From contig CAZYRE010000003.1 of the NCBI GenBank assembly GCA_964650155.1, positions 1-49,837 on the forward strand: a stretch of 49,837 bases of DNA, in the 5' to 3' direction. This DNA is from an uncultured Bdellovibrionales bacterium (GTDB lineage: Bacteria > Bdellovibrionota_C > UBA2361 > J135). A program made the position numbers and the translations under genes. Under the pieces are notes generated by a model. That model was given only the letters and a program-made list of their open reading frames with translations. It did no database searches and was not told where the DNA came from. This document shows positions 27,180 through 35,984 of the stretch, piece after piece (position 1 is the stretch's first letter; every line of letters starts with the position of its first letter).

Positions 27180-29887
27180 CCAGCTGCTCTAATCGAATTT
27201 TGATTGTCTACTTTACCTAATACAGTTCTAACAACCGTTAATAAATCTTGTATAGAAAATGGTTTGCTCAGTCTTGCTGCGATTCCAACCTCTTTATCTG
27301 AGGAAGATGACGCAGGGTCGTAGCCGGTACATAAAATAGCTTTAAGGCCCGGTCTAATTTCTTGTGCCCGTTTAATAAGAGTTATTCCATTCATTGAGGG
27401 CATAGTTAAGTCAGAAATTAACAAATCACAAAGTAGGCCATTGCGAAGTTGTTCCAAAGCTAAATTTGCATCTTGTGTCACTGTAATTTTATAACCACTT
27501 CGCGACAAAACTTCCTTGACTAGCTGTGTCACCATCTCTTCATCATCAATAAAAAGAATATGTTCAGAACCAACAACTATTGAACGTTTCTTTTCAGTGA
27601 CAGTTTGGCTATCAATGCCTTCAAAAAGTGGAACGTATAATATAAATTCAGAGCCCTTACCTTCTTCACTTTCTACAACTATTCTACCTCCTAAACTTTT
27701 GACCACCCCGTGAACGACAGACAAACCAAGCCCTGTACCTTCTCCAATAGGCTTTGTTGTAAAAAACGGATCAAAGATTCTTTCTTTGACTTTGTCAGGT
27801 ATTCCTCTTCCTGAATCTAAAACTGATAGCTTAACAAAGTTACGAACTCGTCCTGCTTGCGTTTCTAAATGCCGCACCGCAGAAATTGATAAGGTGCCTC
27901 CACTTTCCCGCATTGAATATATAGCGTTCGTGCAAAGATTCATCACCACCTGATAAACCTGGCTGGGATCAGCGAGAATATTATTTTCCTCTTCTACTTT
28001 TGTAGAGATGTAAATCCCGGGAGGAAGAGAAACCCTTAATAACCTAACAACATCATCTATGATACTTGATACATTTACGATCTCCTTTCTAGCATCGGAC
28101 TGTCTTGTAAATGTGAGAATCTGTTTTACTAGCTCTTTTGCACGATTTGCACCGCTTAGAACCGAGTCGCAATAAGTTTTACTCTCGTCGCTAGAACCGA
28201 TGCCTTCCTTTAGCAATTCTGCATAGCCAATTATAGAGCTTAAAATATTATTAAAATCATGCGCGATACCACCTGCCAGTGAGCCAAGGGCTTCCATCTT
28301 CTGAGTTTGACGAAGTTGCTGTTCCATAATCGCATGTGCTTCTTCAGCTTTCTTTCGGGCAGTTATGTCTTCACAAATTCCAGCGATTCGGAATACAGAT
28401 CCTGAATTATCACGTATCGGAAAAGCCCTATCACGAAGCCACCTTTCTTCACCATCAGGTCTCACGATTCTGAACTCAATATCATAGTTACCACTTTCTT
28501 GTGATGGTAAAGCAGCTTCAACGCGTTTTCTGTCATGTGGATGTACTGTCTCTAGCCAATCAATAGGATTCGCATAGTAGTAATCGCAAGGTCTTCCCCA
28601 GATATCCTCAAATGCAGGACTGATGTAATAGGCGATCTTTTTATCAGGGGAACTTAACCAGAAAACTCCATGAATGTTTTCTGTAAGCTGTCTGAACATC
28701 TCTTCACTTTGTCTCAACGCAAGGAGGGCATCTTCACGTTCTCTGACAATTAATGCTTGTGCTACTTGATCTGCAACATCAGCTGCAAAAGCTATTTCAG
28801 AAGCTGACCACTCCCTCTTAGTACCAATGTGCTCATTACAAACGGCCCCAACAACTTGACCACGTATACGTATTGCTGAGTCAAGCATTGAAGTTATACC
28901 AAGAGGTTTGAGATAAGCTTCGGTAAACTCTGATGTACGTGGATCTGTTTGTGCATCTCCAGCATCCACTGCTCTTCCCATTGTTAAAGCAGCAAAATAT
29001 CTTGGATAATCGGAAGCCTTCAGAACTATTCCAGAAGAGTGCATCTTTTTGTTACTTTCATATAGATCTGAACACTCGATCTTGCTGTAGTCTGATGACA
29101 GCATCCAAATCCCACACCGCTCAACCTTCAATATTTTAGCCGCTGTTTCTGTTACAACCTGCATGGCCTCATTAAATCTTCCACCTACGATAGCTGGATG
29201 AGAAGCTACGTATACTAAAGCAGCTTGCTCTTCCTGCGCCTGTTTAAGTTTGAGTTGCTCGTCGTGTGCTAACTTCAATCGATCAGTCACATCGAGAGCA
29301 GAAGAGGCTATCGCTATTATTTCCCCCTTATCATTCTTTAAAGGAGTGTTGTACCAATCACAAAGAATCCTTCGTCCATCCTTAGTTATGTTTTCATTTG
29401 TACTTCGAAAACCTCCGGTGCCTGAGGTTAACTGATCAAAAATATCATTAATTGGTGGCAGCAACTCAGCTGGTATTATTAAGTCCGATCCTAACTTGCC
29501 CAGGACCTCTTCTCTTTTAAAACCAAATATTCTTTCAGCTGTATCATTCCACTCAACGACCCTAAATGCATGATCCCAAACTATAGTAGCAAGAGGAGTA
29601 TGGCTGGTATGAGCTTTTAACCGCTGCCTTAACGTTATCACTTCATTCCGTTTTATAGGAATAGAACGAAAAATCAGATACAGCAGTGATGCGGTAAGTG
29701 CGAAAAAGATTTGTGGATGGTTGGTTAAAATAAATTCATATACCCAAGGTAGAGTACTTCTAAATTTGCTGATTCCACCTGAGAGATGAAAAGTAAAATA
29801 AGCAGCGATGCAAACTAAAATTGAGGAGATAGCAGCAAATGCTTCTCGTCCTAGGCGCAAGTGTTGCTTCTCGTCATCCTGAACCAA
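27176..29887 (-). CDS. hybrid sensor histidine kinase (2 TM, PAS, GAF, PAS, HisKA, HATPase, REC)
   Basis: H-box GGIAHDFNNILSSIIGYAELL, HATPase motifs DSGRGI and GTGLGLSVV, and a receiver domain ILFIDDE...LISDLTMPSMNG. PAS and GAF segments lie upstream. Confidence 0.9.
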   Translation of the reverse strand: MVQDDEKQHLRLGREAFAAISSILVCIAAYFTFHLSGGISKFRSTLPWVYEFILTNHPQIFFALTASLLYLIFRSIPIKRNEVITLRQRLKAHTSHTPLATIVWDHAFRVVEWNDTAERIFGFKREEVLGKLGSDLIIPAELLPPINDIFDQLTSGTGGFRSTNENITKDGRRILCDWYNTPLKNDKGEIIAIASSALDVTDRLKLAHDEQLKLKQAQEEQAALVYVASHPAIVGGRFNEAMQVVTETAAKILKVERCGIWMLSSDYSKIECSDLYESNKKMHSSGIVLKASDYPRYFAALTMGRAVDAGDAQTDPRTSEFTEAYLKPLGITSMLDSAIRIRGQVVGAVCNEHIGTKREWSASEIAFAADVADQVAQALIVREREDALLALRQSEEMFRQLTENIHGVFWLSSPDKKIAYYISPAFEDIWGRPCDYYYANPIDWLETVHPHDRKRVEAALPSQESGNYDIEFRIVRPDGEERWLRDRAFPIRDNSGSVFRIAGICEDITARKKAEEAHAIMEQQLRQTQKMEALGSLAGGIAHDFNNILSSIIGYAELLKEGIGSSDESKTYCDSVLSGANRAKELVKQILTFTRQSDARKEIVNVSSIIDDVVRLLRVSLPPGIYISTKVEEENNILADPSQVYQVVMNLCTNAIYSMRESGGTLSISAVRHLETQAGRVRNFVKLSVLDSGRGIPDKVKERIFDPFFTTKPIGEGTGLGLSVVHGVVKSLGGRIVVESEEGKGSEFILYVPLFEGIDSQTVTEKKRSIVVGSEHILFIDDEEMVTQLVKEVLSRSGYKITVTQDANLALEQLRNGLLCDLLISDLTMPSMNGITLIKRAQEIRPGLKAILCTGYDPASSSSDKEVGIAARLSKPFSIQDLLTVVRTVLGKVDNQNSIRAAG

Positions 29888-29989
29888 TCTATTCCCCTCA
29901 CAACTGCCGCGGTGATTAAAGTAACAGAAACTGAAACTAAATGTTCAGAAAAAGCTCAAAAAGTTAATTTTATCAATAAAATTAGATAG

Positions 29990-30769
29990 CTAACTAGTTG
30001 CTGTGCCGAGTAATACACCATTCTCAACAAACATATTCAAAGCAATTCGACACATTTGAGAATGGTGCTCAATGTTAGAATTAATACCAAGATCAATAAT
30101 TGAGGCCTCAAAAGCATCCGCCCAGGAGCAGTTCCTACTTATAATTATATCGAGAACATTTAAAACTAGTGGTGAAAGCTCACAATATTTAACAATGTCA
30201 GTAGTAATATCTCTGTAAGTTAATAAAAAATACCTGCCGGAGACCTGAGAAGAATTTTTTAATTCTTCAATGCTCATTCTAAAAACAGGATACATTAAAG
30301 CGCTAACTTGATGCACAGGATTAATTATTATTGCTTCATTCCATGGATCAACAGACTTTTTAAATGAAGGTAATTCTATCTCTGGCATCATGCCTACTTC
30401 AATTTCTACCCACTCAAACTCAAGTAGATCTCTTAAGTATGGGAACTCCGCTGCTTTCCATTCAGAGTTTTCAACAAAATTAAGTAATTCTCTAGGCATC
30501 TGCCATAGCTGGGGCGAAGGACATGGATGTGAAGATACAAATGTACTGATTAAATCATCCCAGATATTTTTACCAAGAACCCGTTTTGCAATTGGATAAG
30601 CTCTCGCTAGAGCATCCTGAAAGCCACCAAATATTAAGTCGCGATATACTGCTACCCGCTCATGCGAAGAAATTCCAGGGATATTGTAAGATTTCTTTGT
30701 TAAACAGAATCTCACCATCTCACGTTGATATCTCTTGAAATCTGAAGAGGAATCACTACTAGGCAGCAT
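29990..30769 (-). CDS. DUF2063-family protein (HvfC/BufC-like partner of MNIO enzymes)
   Basis: RVAVYRDLIFGGFQDALARAYPIAKRVLGKNIWDDLISTFVSSHPCPSPQLWQMPRELLNFV fits the DUF2063 N-terminal pattern (YRN..., FP...LG, ...P). Its start overlaps the DUF692 stop by 11 nt. Confidence 0.75.
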   Translation of the reverse strand: MLPSSDSSSDFKRYQREMVRFCLTKKSYNIPGISSHERVAVYRDLIFGGFQDALARAYPIAKRVLGKNIWDDLISTFVSSHPCPSPQLWQMPRELLNFVENSEWKAAEFPYLRDLLEFEWVEIEVGMMPEIELPSFKKSVDPWNEAIIINPVHQVSALMYPVFRMSIEELKNSSQVSGRYFLLTYRDITTDIVKYCELSPLVLNVLDIIISRNCSWADAFEASIIDLGINSNIEHHSQMCRIALNMFVENGVLLGTATS

Positions 30770-31607
30770 TAGCTAAGCTCCAACGAGTATCAACGATTTT
30801 CTGTAGCCTTAACATCTCATCAGCTAATTCTGCAGCCTCAGGAAAATTAAAATCTCTCTCAAGTAGAACAGGGACCTCTCTTACATACTGTAAGGTCCAA
30901 TCAAATAAATCAAAAACTGGTTCAATTATCGGACGACCGTGTGTGTCAATTATTAGGTCTTCTCCTCTCTTCTCATGTCCTGCCATATGTATATAGGCTA
31001 TCTTTTCGAGTGGCAGCGCTTTCAAAAATTTTCGAGCATCATAATTATGATTAAAGCTATTAACGTAAACATTATTTACATCAAGGAGGAGAAGGCAGCC
31101 TGATTCTTTAACAACGGCAGATATAAATTCTGCTTCATCCAATGTCGGGGCAATGGGTGTATAATATGAAATGTTTTCAACAGCTATTTGCTGACCCAAA
31201 AAATCCTGAACCTCTCTAATTCTATCAGATACGTGTTTGACTGCCTCTTCACAAAATGGAATTGGTAGAAGGTCATATAGATGTGCGTTGTCACATTTAT
31301 TAAAGCTTAAATGTTCTGAATAAAGCTGTACGTTATATACGCTCAAAAAATCTTTAACTTGTTTTAAAAATTCCCAGTCGAGAGGTTCTGGACTTCCCAA
31401 TGATAAGGAAAGGCCGTGGCAGGTTATTGGATATTTCTCTGTCACGGCCTTTAGCGTTTTGCCCCATTTGCCTCCGATATTCATCCAATTCTCAGGTGCC
31501 AGCTCAACAAACCTAGGATTCAGGGCATCCTGAGAAAGTAAACTCTCTGCAAGATCTCTTCTAAATCCTAATCCAACTCCTGAAATTTTTTGCTTTTCGA
31601 TAAGCAT
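30759..31607 (-). CDS. DUF692-family multinuclear non-heme iron oxidase (MNIO; MbnB/HvfB/BufB-like)
   Basis: TIM-barrel DUF692 motifs: VGLGFRRDL, VELAPENW, HGLSLSLGS, YSEHLSF, AVENISYY, LLLDVNNVYVNSFNHNYD, YIHMAGH. AAGGAAG RBS. Confidence 0.88.
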   Translation of the reverse strand: MLIEKQKISGVGLGFRRDLAESLLSQDALNPRFVELAPENWMNIGGKWGKTLKAVTEKYPITCHGLSLSLGSPEPLDWEFLKQVKDFLSVYNVQLYSEHLSFNKCDNAHLYDLLPIPFCEEAVKHVSDRIREVQDFLGQQIAVENISYYTPIAPTLDEAEFISAVVKESGCLLLLDVNNVYVNSFNHNYDARKFLKALPLEKIAYIHMAGHEKRGEDLIIDTHGRPIIEPVFDLFDWTLQYVREVPVLLERDFNFPEAAELADEMLRLQKIVDTRWSLANAA

Positions 31608-31637
31608 TTTCTTCCTTAGGGCAAACTAGATATGGAA

Positions 31638-31952
31638 TTAATGGGAACCAGTCTCACCCTCGCCCATGTCCATATCGCCACATTTACCTTCGCCGCATTT
31701 TCCTTCGGCAGTCTTTTCGTCTTTCTTCTCATCTCCACATTTACCTTCCCCACATTTACCTTCAGCATCCTTTTCATGATGCTCAGCATAAACTGGCACA
31801 TTCTGGGAATCAGAAGTTAAAATTGTAGAGCGAACTTGCATGGCAGCACCAAGATCTCTCACAGCGAATGTTTGTGATGCTTGAGCAACACCTGACATCA
31901 AGACTGAAACTGTGACAGCAGAAACAGCGCCCTTTCCTAATCTAATCTTCAT
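31638..31952 (-). CDS. secreted EGKCG-repeat peptide/protein, putative MNIO substrate (HvfA/oxazolin-like)
   Basis: Sec signal MKIRLGKGAVSAVTVSVLMSGVAQA. Two EGKCGEGKCGD blocks (Cys67, 72, 86, 91) sit in a Glu/Lys/His/Asp-rich tail ending DMDMGEGETGSH. It lies 30 nt upstream of the DUF692 gene on the same strand. AGGAA RBS. Confidence 0.8.
   Translation of the reverse strand: MKIRLGKGAVSAVTVSVLMSGVAQASQTFAVRDLGAAMQVRSTILTSDSQNVPVYAEHHEKDAEGKCGEGKCGDEKKDEKTAEGKCGEGKCGDMDMGEGETGSH
31674..31763 (-). repeat. two 33-nt coding repeats (31731..31763 and 31674..31706), each encoding EGKCGEGKCGD
   Basis: The plus strand shows ccacatttaccttc(c/g)cc(a/g)cat(tt)t(a/t)ccttc twice. The internal half-repeat GKCG-E-GKCG gives four GKCG units in all. 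Confidence 0.9.
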
Positions 31953-32148
31953 ATCTTTATTTCCTTTTTTTCTTCTAGGTACAGTCTACCGCCGAATGCG
32001 TAACTTATACCCTTCTAATGACGTATATTGATCTAAAACATTCACTTCAGCACCCGTAAAATTGAAACCACCTACTTTCCCGAAGCTAGGCCTGATATTA
32101 ATCATCTAATCTATAGTTGTTTAATCAGACTACGTTGGGGATAACTCG

Positions 32149-33315
32149 ATGAACTATCCAATTCAATTAAACAATTTTGAGATTGATGCTCAAAAGGGAT
32201 TCTTGCCAGCCACTGATCCTTTACGAACATTAGGTAGTGAATTTACTCCCTGGGAGGATGCCGCGCAGAACCTTCCTAAACTACTCGTAACAGACCGAAT
32301 ACGAGAAATTTTAAAACGCATGCCGAGTCTGGACCCAACAGATCTGAAAACACGAGCTGAACTCGAACGTGGCATGATGCTTCTCTCGTATCTGGGGCAT
32401 GGATATGTCTGGGGTGAAAAATCTATTGATCCAATCTTACCTTCCAACATAGCTGTACCTTGGCATGCAATCGCCTCAAAACTTGGTCGCCCTCCTGTGC
32501 TATCGTACGCTTCTTACGCGCTGTGGAATTGGCAGAGAATCGATTCATCTGGTCCTATTGCGTTAGGAAATATAGCCCTGCAACAGAATTTCTTAGCCGG
32601 TGTTGATGAAGAGTGGTTTATTTTAATTCATATAGATATCGAAGCAAAAGCTGCGAAAGCTATTACCTCCATCCCTGAGGCACTAACAGCACGGGATCAA
32701 AATGACATTCAGAACATGATTGTGGTGCTGAAAAATATCTCTACGTCTTTAAACGCTATAAACGCCACGATGGATAGAATGCCTGAGCATTGCGATCCAT
32801 ACATTTATTACAATAGAGTTCGTCCTTACATCCACGGTTGGAAAGATAATCCGGCTTTACCTAATGGGTTAATTTACGAGGGAGTCACCGCCTACGCTGG
32901 TAAGCCTCAAAAATTTCGTGGCGAGACTGGAGCTCAAAGCTCTATTGTTCCTGCTATTGATGCGATTCTAGGTATCAGCCACGACGACGACCCGCTCCGT
33001 CAGTATCTTAATGAAATGCGAGAATACATGCCTCCAGCCCATAATAATTTTATTAAAGCAGTCGAATCCGCTGGCTCAATTCGTGAATTGGTCAAAAAAC
33101 ACGCTAGCACTAACGTAGAACTTAGAACGTTATATAATAAGTCAGTTGAAGAGATTGAAAAGTTTAGAACTACGCACCTAACTTACGCTGCTAACTATAT
33201 TAATAAGCAGAAACAAACAAGTGAAGCTAATCCAACAGGTGTCGGAACTGGTGGCACTCCATTTATGGTTTATTTAAAGAAACATCGGGATGAGAGTACA
33301 AAACACTTTCTATAA
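32149..33315 (+). CDS. indoleamine 2,3-dioxygenase (IDO)-family heme dioxygenase
   Basis: Close motif matches to animal/fungal IDO: GETGAQSSIVPAIDAILGI (IDO1 GGSAGQSSVFQCFDVLLGI), MREYMPPAHNNFI (MRRYMPPAHRNFL), proximal-His helix FRTTHLTYAANYI (LRSYHLQIVTKYI) and GTGGTPFMVYLKKHRD (GTGGTDLMNFLKTVR). Confidence 0.9.
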   Translation: MNYPIQLNNFEIDAQKGFLPATDPLRTLGSEFTPWEDAAQNLPKLLVTDRIREILKRMPSLDPTDLKTRAELERGMMLLSYLGHGYVWGEKSIDPILPSNIAVPWHAIASKLGRPPVLSYASYALWNWQRIDSSGPIALGNIALQQNFLAGVDEEWFILIHIDIEAKAAKAITSIPEALTARDQNDIQNMIVVLKNISTSLNAINATMDRMPEHCDPYIYYNRVRPYIHGWKDNPALPNGLIYEGVTAYAGKPQKFRGETGAQSSIVPAIDAILGISHDDDPLRQYLNEMREYMPPAHNNFIKAVESAGSIRELVKKHASTNVELRTLYNKSVEEIEKFRTTHLTYAANYINKQKQTSEANPTGVGTGGTPFMVYLKKHRDESTKHFL

Positions 33316-33323
33316 AAATCGAA

Positions 33324-35888
33324 CTATTTTTTAGTAAATCTGGCTACTAACTCTTGATCAAGAGTTTGATTGGTGAGCTTGAGCTGACATATGGCAATTT
33401 GATTCCTTCGCAATTTAGCTCCTTTCGATCCGGTGGCGCGTTCTTTGATATTCAAACATCCAGAGTCCCAAACAACTTGGGAATTTCGTGCGGCTTTTGC
33501 AGATACAACTACATTGAGTTTTCTGCGAGTCAGCTTATAAGAATAACACCCTTCTCCACATTTTCTTCCTTTCGGTTCTAGAGAAAAATTACCATTACCA
33601 TCTCCGACAGAGTATAGGTGGATTTCAATGCGCTCGTCATCGCTTTCAAGCGGGCTGAAAGTTGCCTTCACTATAGTATCACTAGAAATTGTAACCTGGC
33701 ATATTCCGACACCTGTACAACTATCCCCACTCCAGCCTGAAAATGTGTATCCAGTATCTGGACTAGCAGTAAAAGTCATTATGGTCCCTGAAGTAACTGA
33801 TACTGATTTGCTATCACAATTTTGACCACAAGTTGCACCTGTGACCGAAGCTATGATTCCTCCATTCCCTTCCTTCTGAATACTTACAGTGAATTCTGAT
33901 TCATTGACCGGATTTATATTAACCTTAACTATAGCTACGCTAGAGTTCCCCGCGTTATCTAAAGCTGTTGCTCGTATCTCATAACTCTTACCATGCTGTA
34001 ACAAGATAGATCCCCAGGAAATCATAAATGGAGCGCTAGAATCTGTATTAATGGGTAGGTAAGAGCCACTGCCTACTTCTCTATATTCAAACTGTACATT
34101 TGCAATCCCAGATCCATCATCGAGGGCATTAGCAATTACATTTGGTGCTGATAGATCAGTATCGGAATTATTTGTTGGAGATGTGATTGCTACCGATGGA
34201 TCTACATAATCTATTGAAAATGTGCTCGATACTGCTGTTACTGTATTGTTTCCCTTTTCTAAAGTTAATTTAATCCGCGCATCATTAATTTCCTGATCCT
34301 CATAAGTGGAAGCAATGTTTGAGAATGTAATTGTTCTATTATTGCCGGATGTAACTCGAAGTGCCTTGTACCCATTTTGCACGTCTGTTCCACTTAAGGA
34401 TGTTTGTGGAATTGTAGTGTAGCCACTGCCGGTATTAATTTCCGCTGTAACCCAAACGAAATCAGAAGCAGTATTTGTATCAAAAGTAATAGAAAGATTA
34501 TTTCCTGACTGTTCAGCGACTAGATTGGTAATTGTAGGGAGTGTTGGTGAAGTCCTTGCGGTACTAGTTCCTCCATCATATCCAATATTGATTCGTCCCC
34601 CATTCTGTGATGGCTCGTTACTAAAATCGGAATCAGGATCTCCTTCATCTATTGCAAATGAAGTTGCTCGTAGCGAATAGTCGAAGGCTTCTGGATCATT
34701 AAATCCTGGATCTACTCTCATATTTCCATCAGACCAGGCAAACTGATTCATGTCATTATAATCACCTGAGATCTCATTGTTATAACTGTAAGCTGGCGCG
34801 AGCCCGTTGTGAAGAAAGGCCCCACCTACTGCTGAAGCCAGCATGTTGTATTTTAATGATCCAACTACGGCATTTGAACTCGAATACCCATCAATAGATC
34901 CAGTTATTGAAAGCCCAAAATATCCATTCCCTGTAAAAATATTATTTACAATATCGAATGGGCCCGCATTATTCCCATAAATATGCAGGCCAGCACTACC
35001 GTTATCTGCGGCAACGTTATTAGCGATGCTTGCTGTACCTGGTTTATAGAATACAATTCCATCAACTACATTCTGCACAGACACATTGCCTCGGACAACA
35101 TCATCACCAAGCCAAAGTGATATGCCATTTGTATTACTATAAACTTTGTTTCTTAAAACTTGCGGAGCTACTCCTGCTGAAGCCTGAACATATATCCCTG
35201 TTTTGTTATTATAAGTTTCATTCTCTTCAATAATGTCATCATCATCCGCGCGCTGCACGTAGATGCCCACACAAGATGTACAAGTATGATTAAAGACAAG
35301 GTTTCTTCTAATTATTGCCTGGCCAGTTAGACCATGTGTTCCTGTAGATATTCCACCGTAATCACCATTTGAATATACGGTACAATCTTCGACAGTAAGA
35401 TTATTCACATAGTAAGCATATATGCCGAAAGAAGTTGAATCATGAACAGTACAATTTCTAAGATATAGGCTACTTGATGTTGTCGAGGTTACGACTCCTT
35501 GACTGCTTGATCCTACAAATCCAAGACCATCGACTGTTACGGATCCACTATGAAATGAATTCAAACGAAAATTTGTAAATATACTTTTATTATTAACAGT
35601 ATCACGTGATGTAAAGCTAGAATTATAACCGCCATAAATATCAAGATTTACGGCTCCACCTAAATCTATATTTTCATTATAGGTGCCTCCTTGAATTTCG
35701 ATCCTATCGCCGCTATGGAAATCTAACTGGGCATCAGAAAATGTTGTGTAAGGACATCCGGATGGACAAATTCTTAGTGTTGCACTGAATGAGGAAACAG
35801 GGATCAGAAGCCACACAACCATCAATCCATACAATGAAATGGAAAACCGAAATAATTGGTTGATTGCTTGTATTATTCTCACTGCCAA
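33324..35888 (-). CDS. large secreted right-handed beta-helix protein with Ig-like and InlB-B-repeat-like C-terminal domains
   Basis: Hydrophobic N-terminus ending SSFSA. Long run of beta-helix rungs (NCTVHDS, VEDCTVYSN, RRNLVFNH, NKVYSN, NNIFTGNG). Ig-like block with DDGSGIANVQFEY. GYTFSGWSGDSCTG repeat motif. Confidence 0.7.
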   Translation of the reverse strand: MAVRIIQAINQLFRFSISLYGLMVVWLLIPVSSFSATLRICPSGCPYTTFSDAQLDFHSGDRIEIQGGTYNENIDLGGAVNLDIYGGYNSSFTSRDTVNNKSIFTNFRLNSFHSGSVTVDGLGFVGSSSQGVVTSTTSSSLYLRNCTVHDSTSFGIYAYYVNNLTVEDCTVYSNGDYGGISTGTHGLTGQAIIRRNLVFNHTCTSCVGIYVQRADDDDIIEENETYNNKTGIYVQASAGVAPQVLRNKVYSNTNGISLWLGDDVVRGNVSVQNVVDGIVFYKPGTASIANNVAADNGSAGLHIYGNNAGPFDIVNNIFTGNGYFGLSITGSIDGYSSSNAVVGSLKYNMLASAVGGAFLHNGLAPAYSYNNEISGDYNDMNQFAWSDGNMRVDPGFNDPEAFDYSLRATSFAIDEGDPDSDFSNEPSQNGGRINIGYDGGTSTARTSPTLPTITNLVAEQSGNNLSITFDTNTASDFVWVTAEINTGSGYTTIPQTSLSGTDVQNGYKALRVTSGNNRTITFSNIASTYEDQEINDARIKLTLEKGNNTVTAVSSTFSIDYVDPSVAITSPTNNSDTDLSAPNVIANALDDGSGIANVQFEYREVGSGSYLPINTDSSAPFMISWGSILLQHGKSYEIRATALDNAGNSSVAIVKVNINPVNESEFTVSIQKEGNGGIIASVTGATCGQNCDSKSVSVTSGTIMTFTASPDTGYTFSGWSGDSCTGVGICQVTISSDTIVKATFSPLESDDERIEIHLYSVGDGNGNFSLEPKGRKCGEGCYSYKLTRRKLNVVVSAKAARNSQVVWDSGCLNIKERATGSKGAKLRRNQIAICQLKLTNQTLDQELVARFTKK

Positions 35889-35984
35889 ACTAACTGTTAC
35901 CGGCAGTTTAAGATCGGCAGCTTGTCTTACTATATTACTATTCTGTGTCTCTATAGATCGTAGGAAAAATTCTTAAAAACTCAA

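Noticed and set aside
31616-31820. Two ORFs (31616..31801 minus, 31632..31820 plus) overlap the EGKCG peptide gene.
   Set aside because: They are alternative-frame readings of the same repeat DNA (KVNV / TFTF repeats). Only the 31638..31952 frame has a signal peptide, an RBS and the Cys motif expected next to a DUF692 gene.
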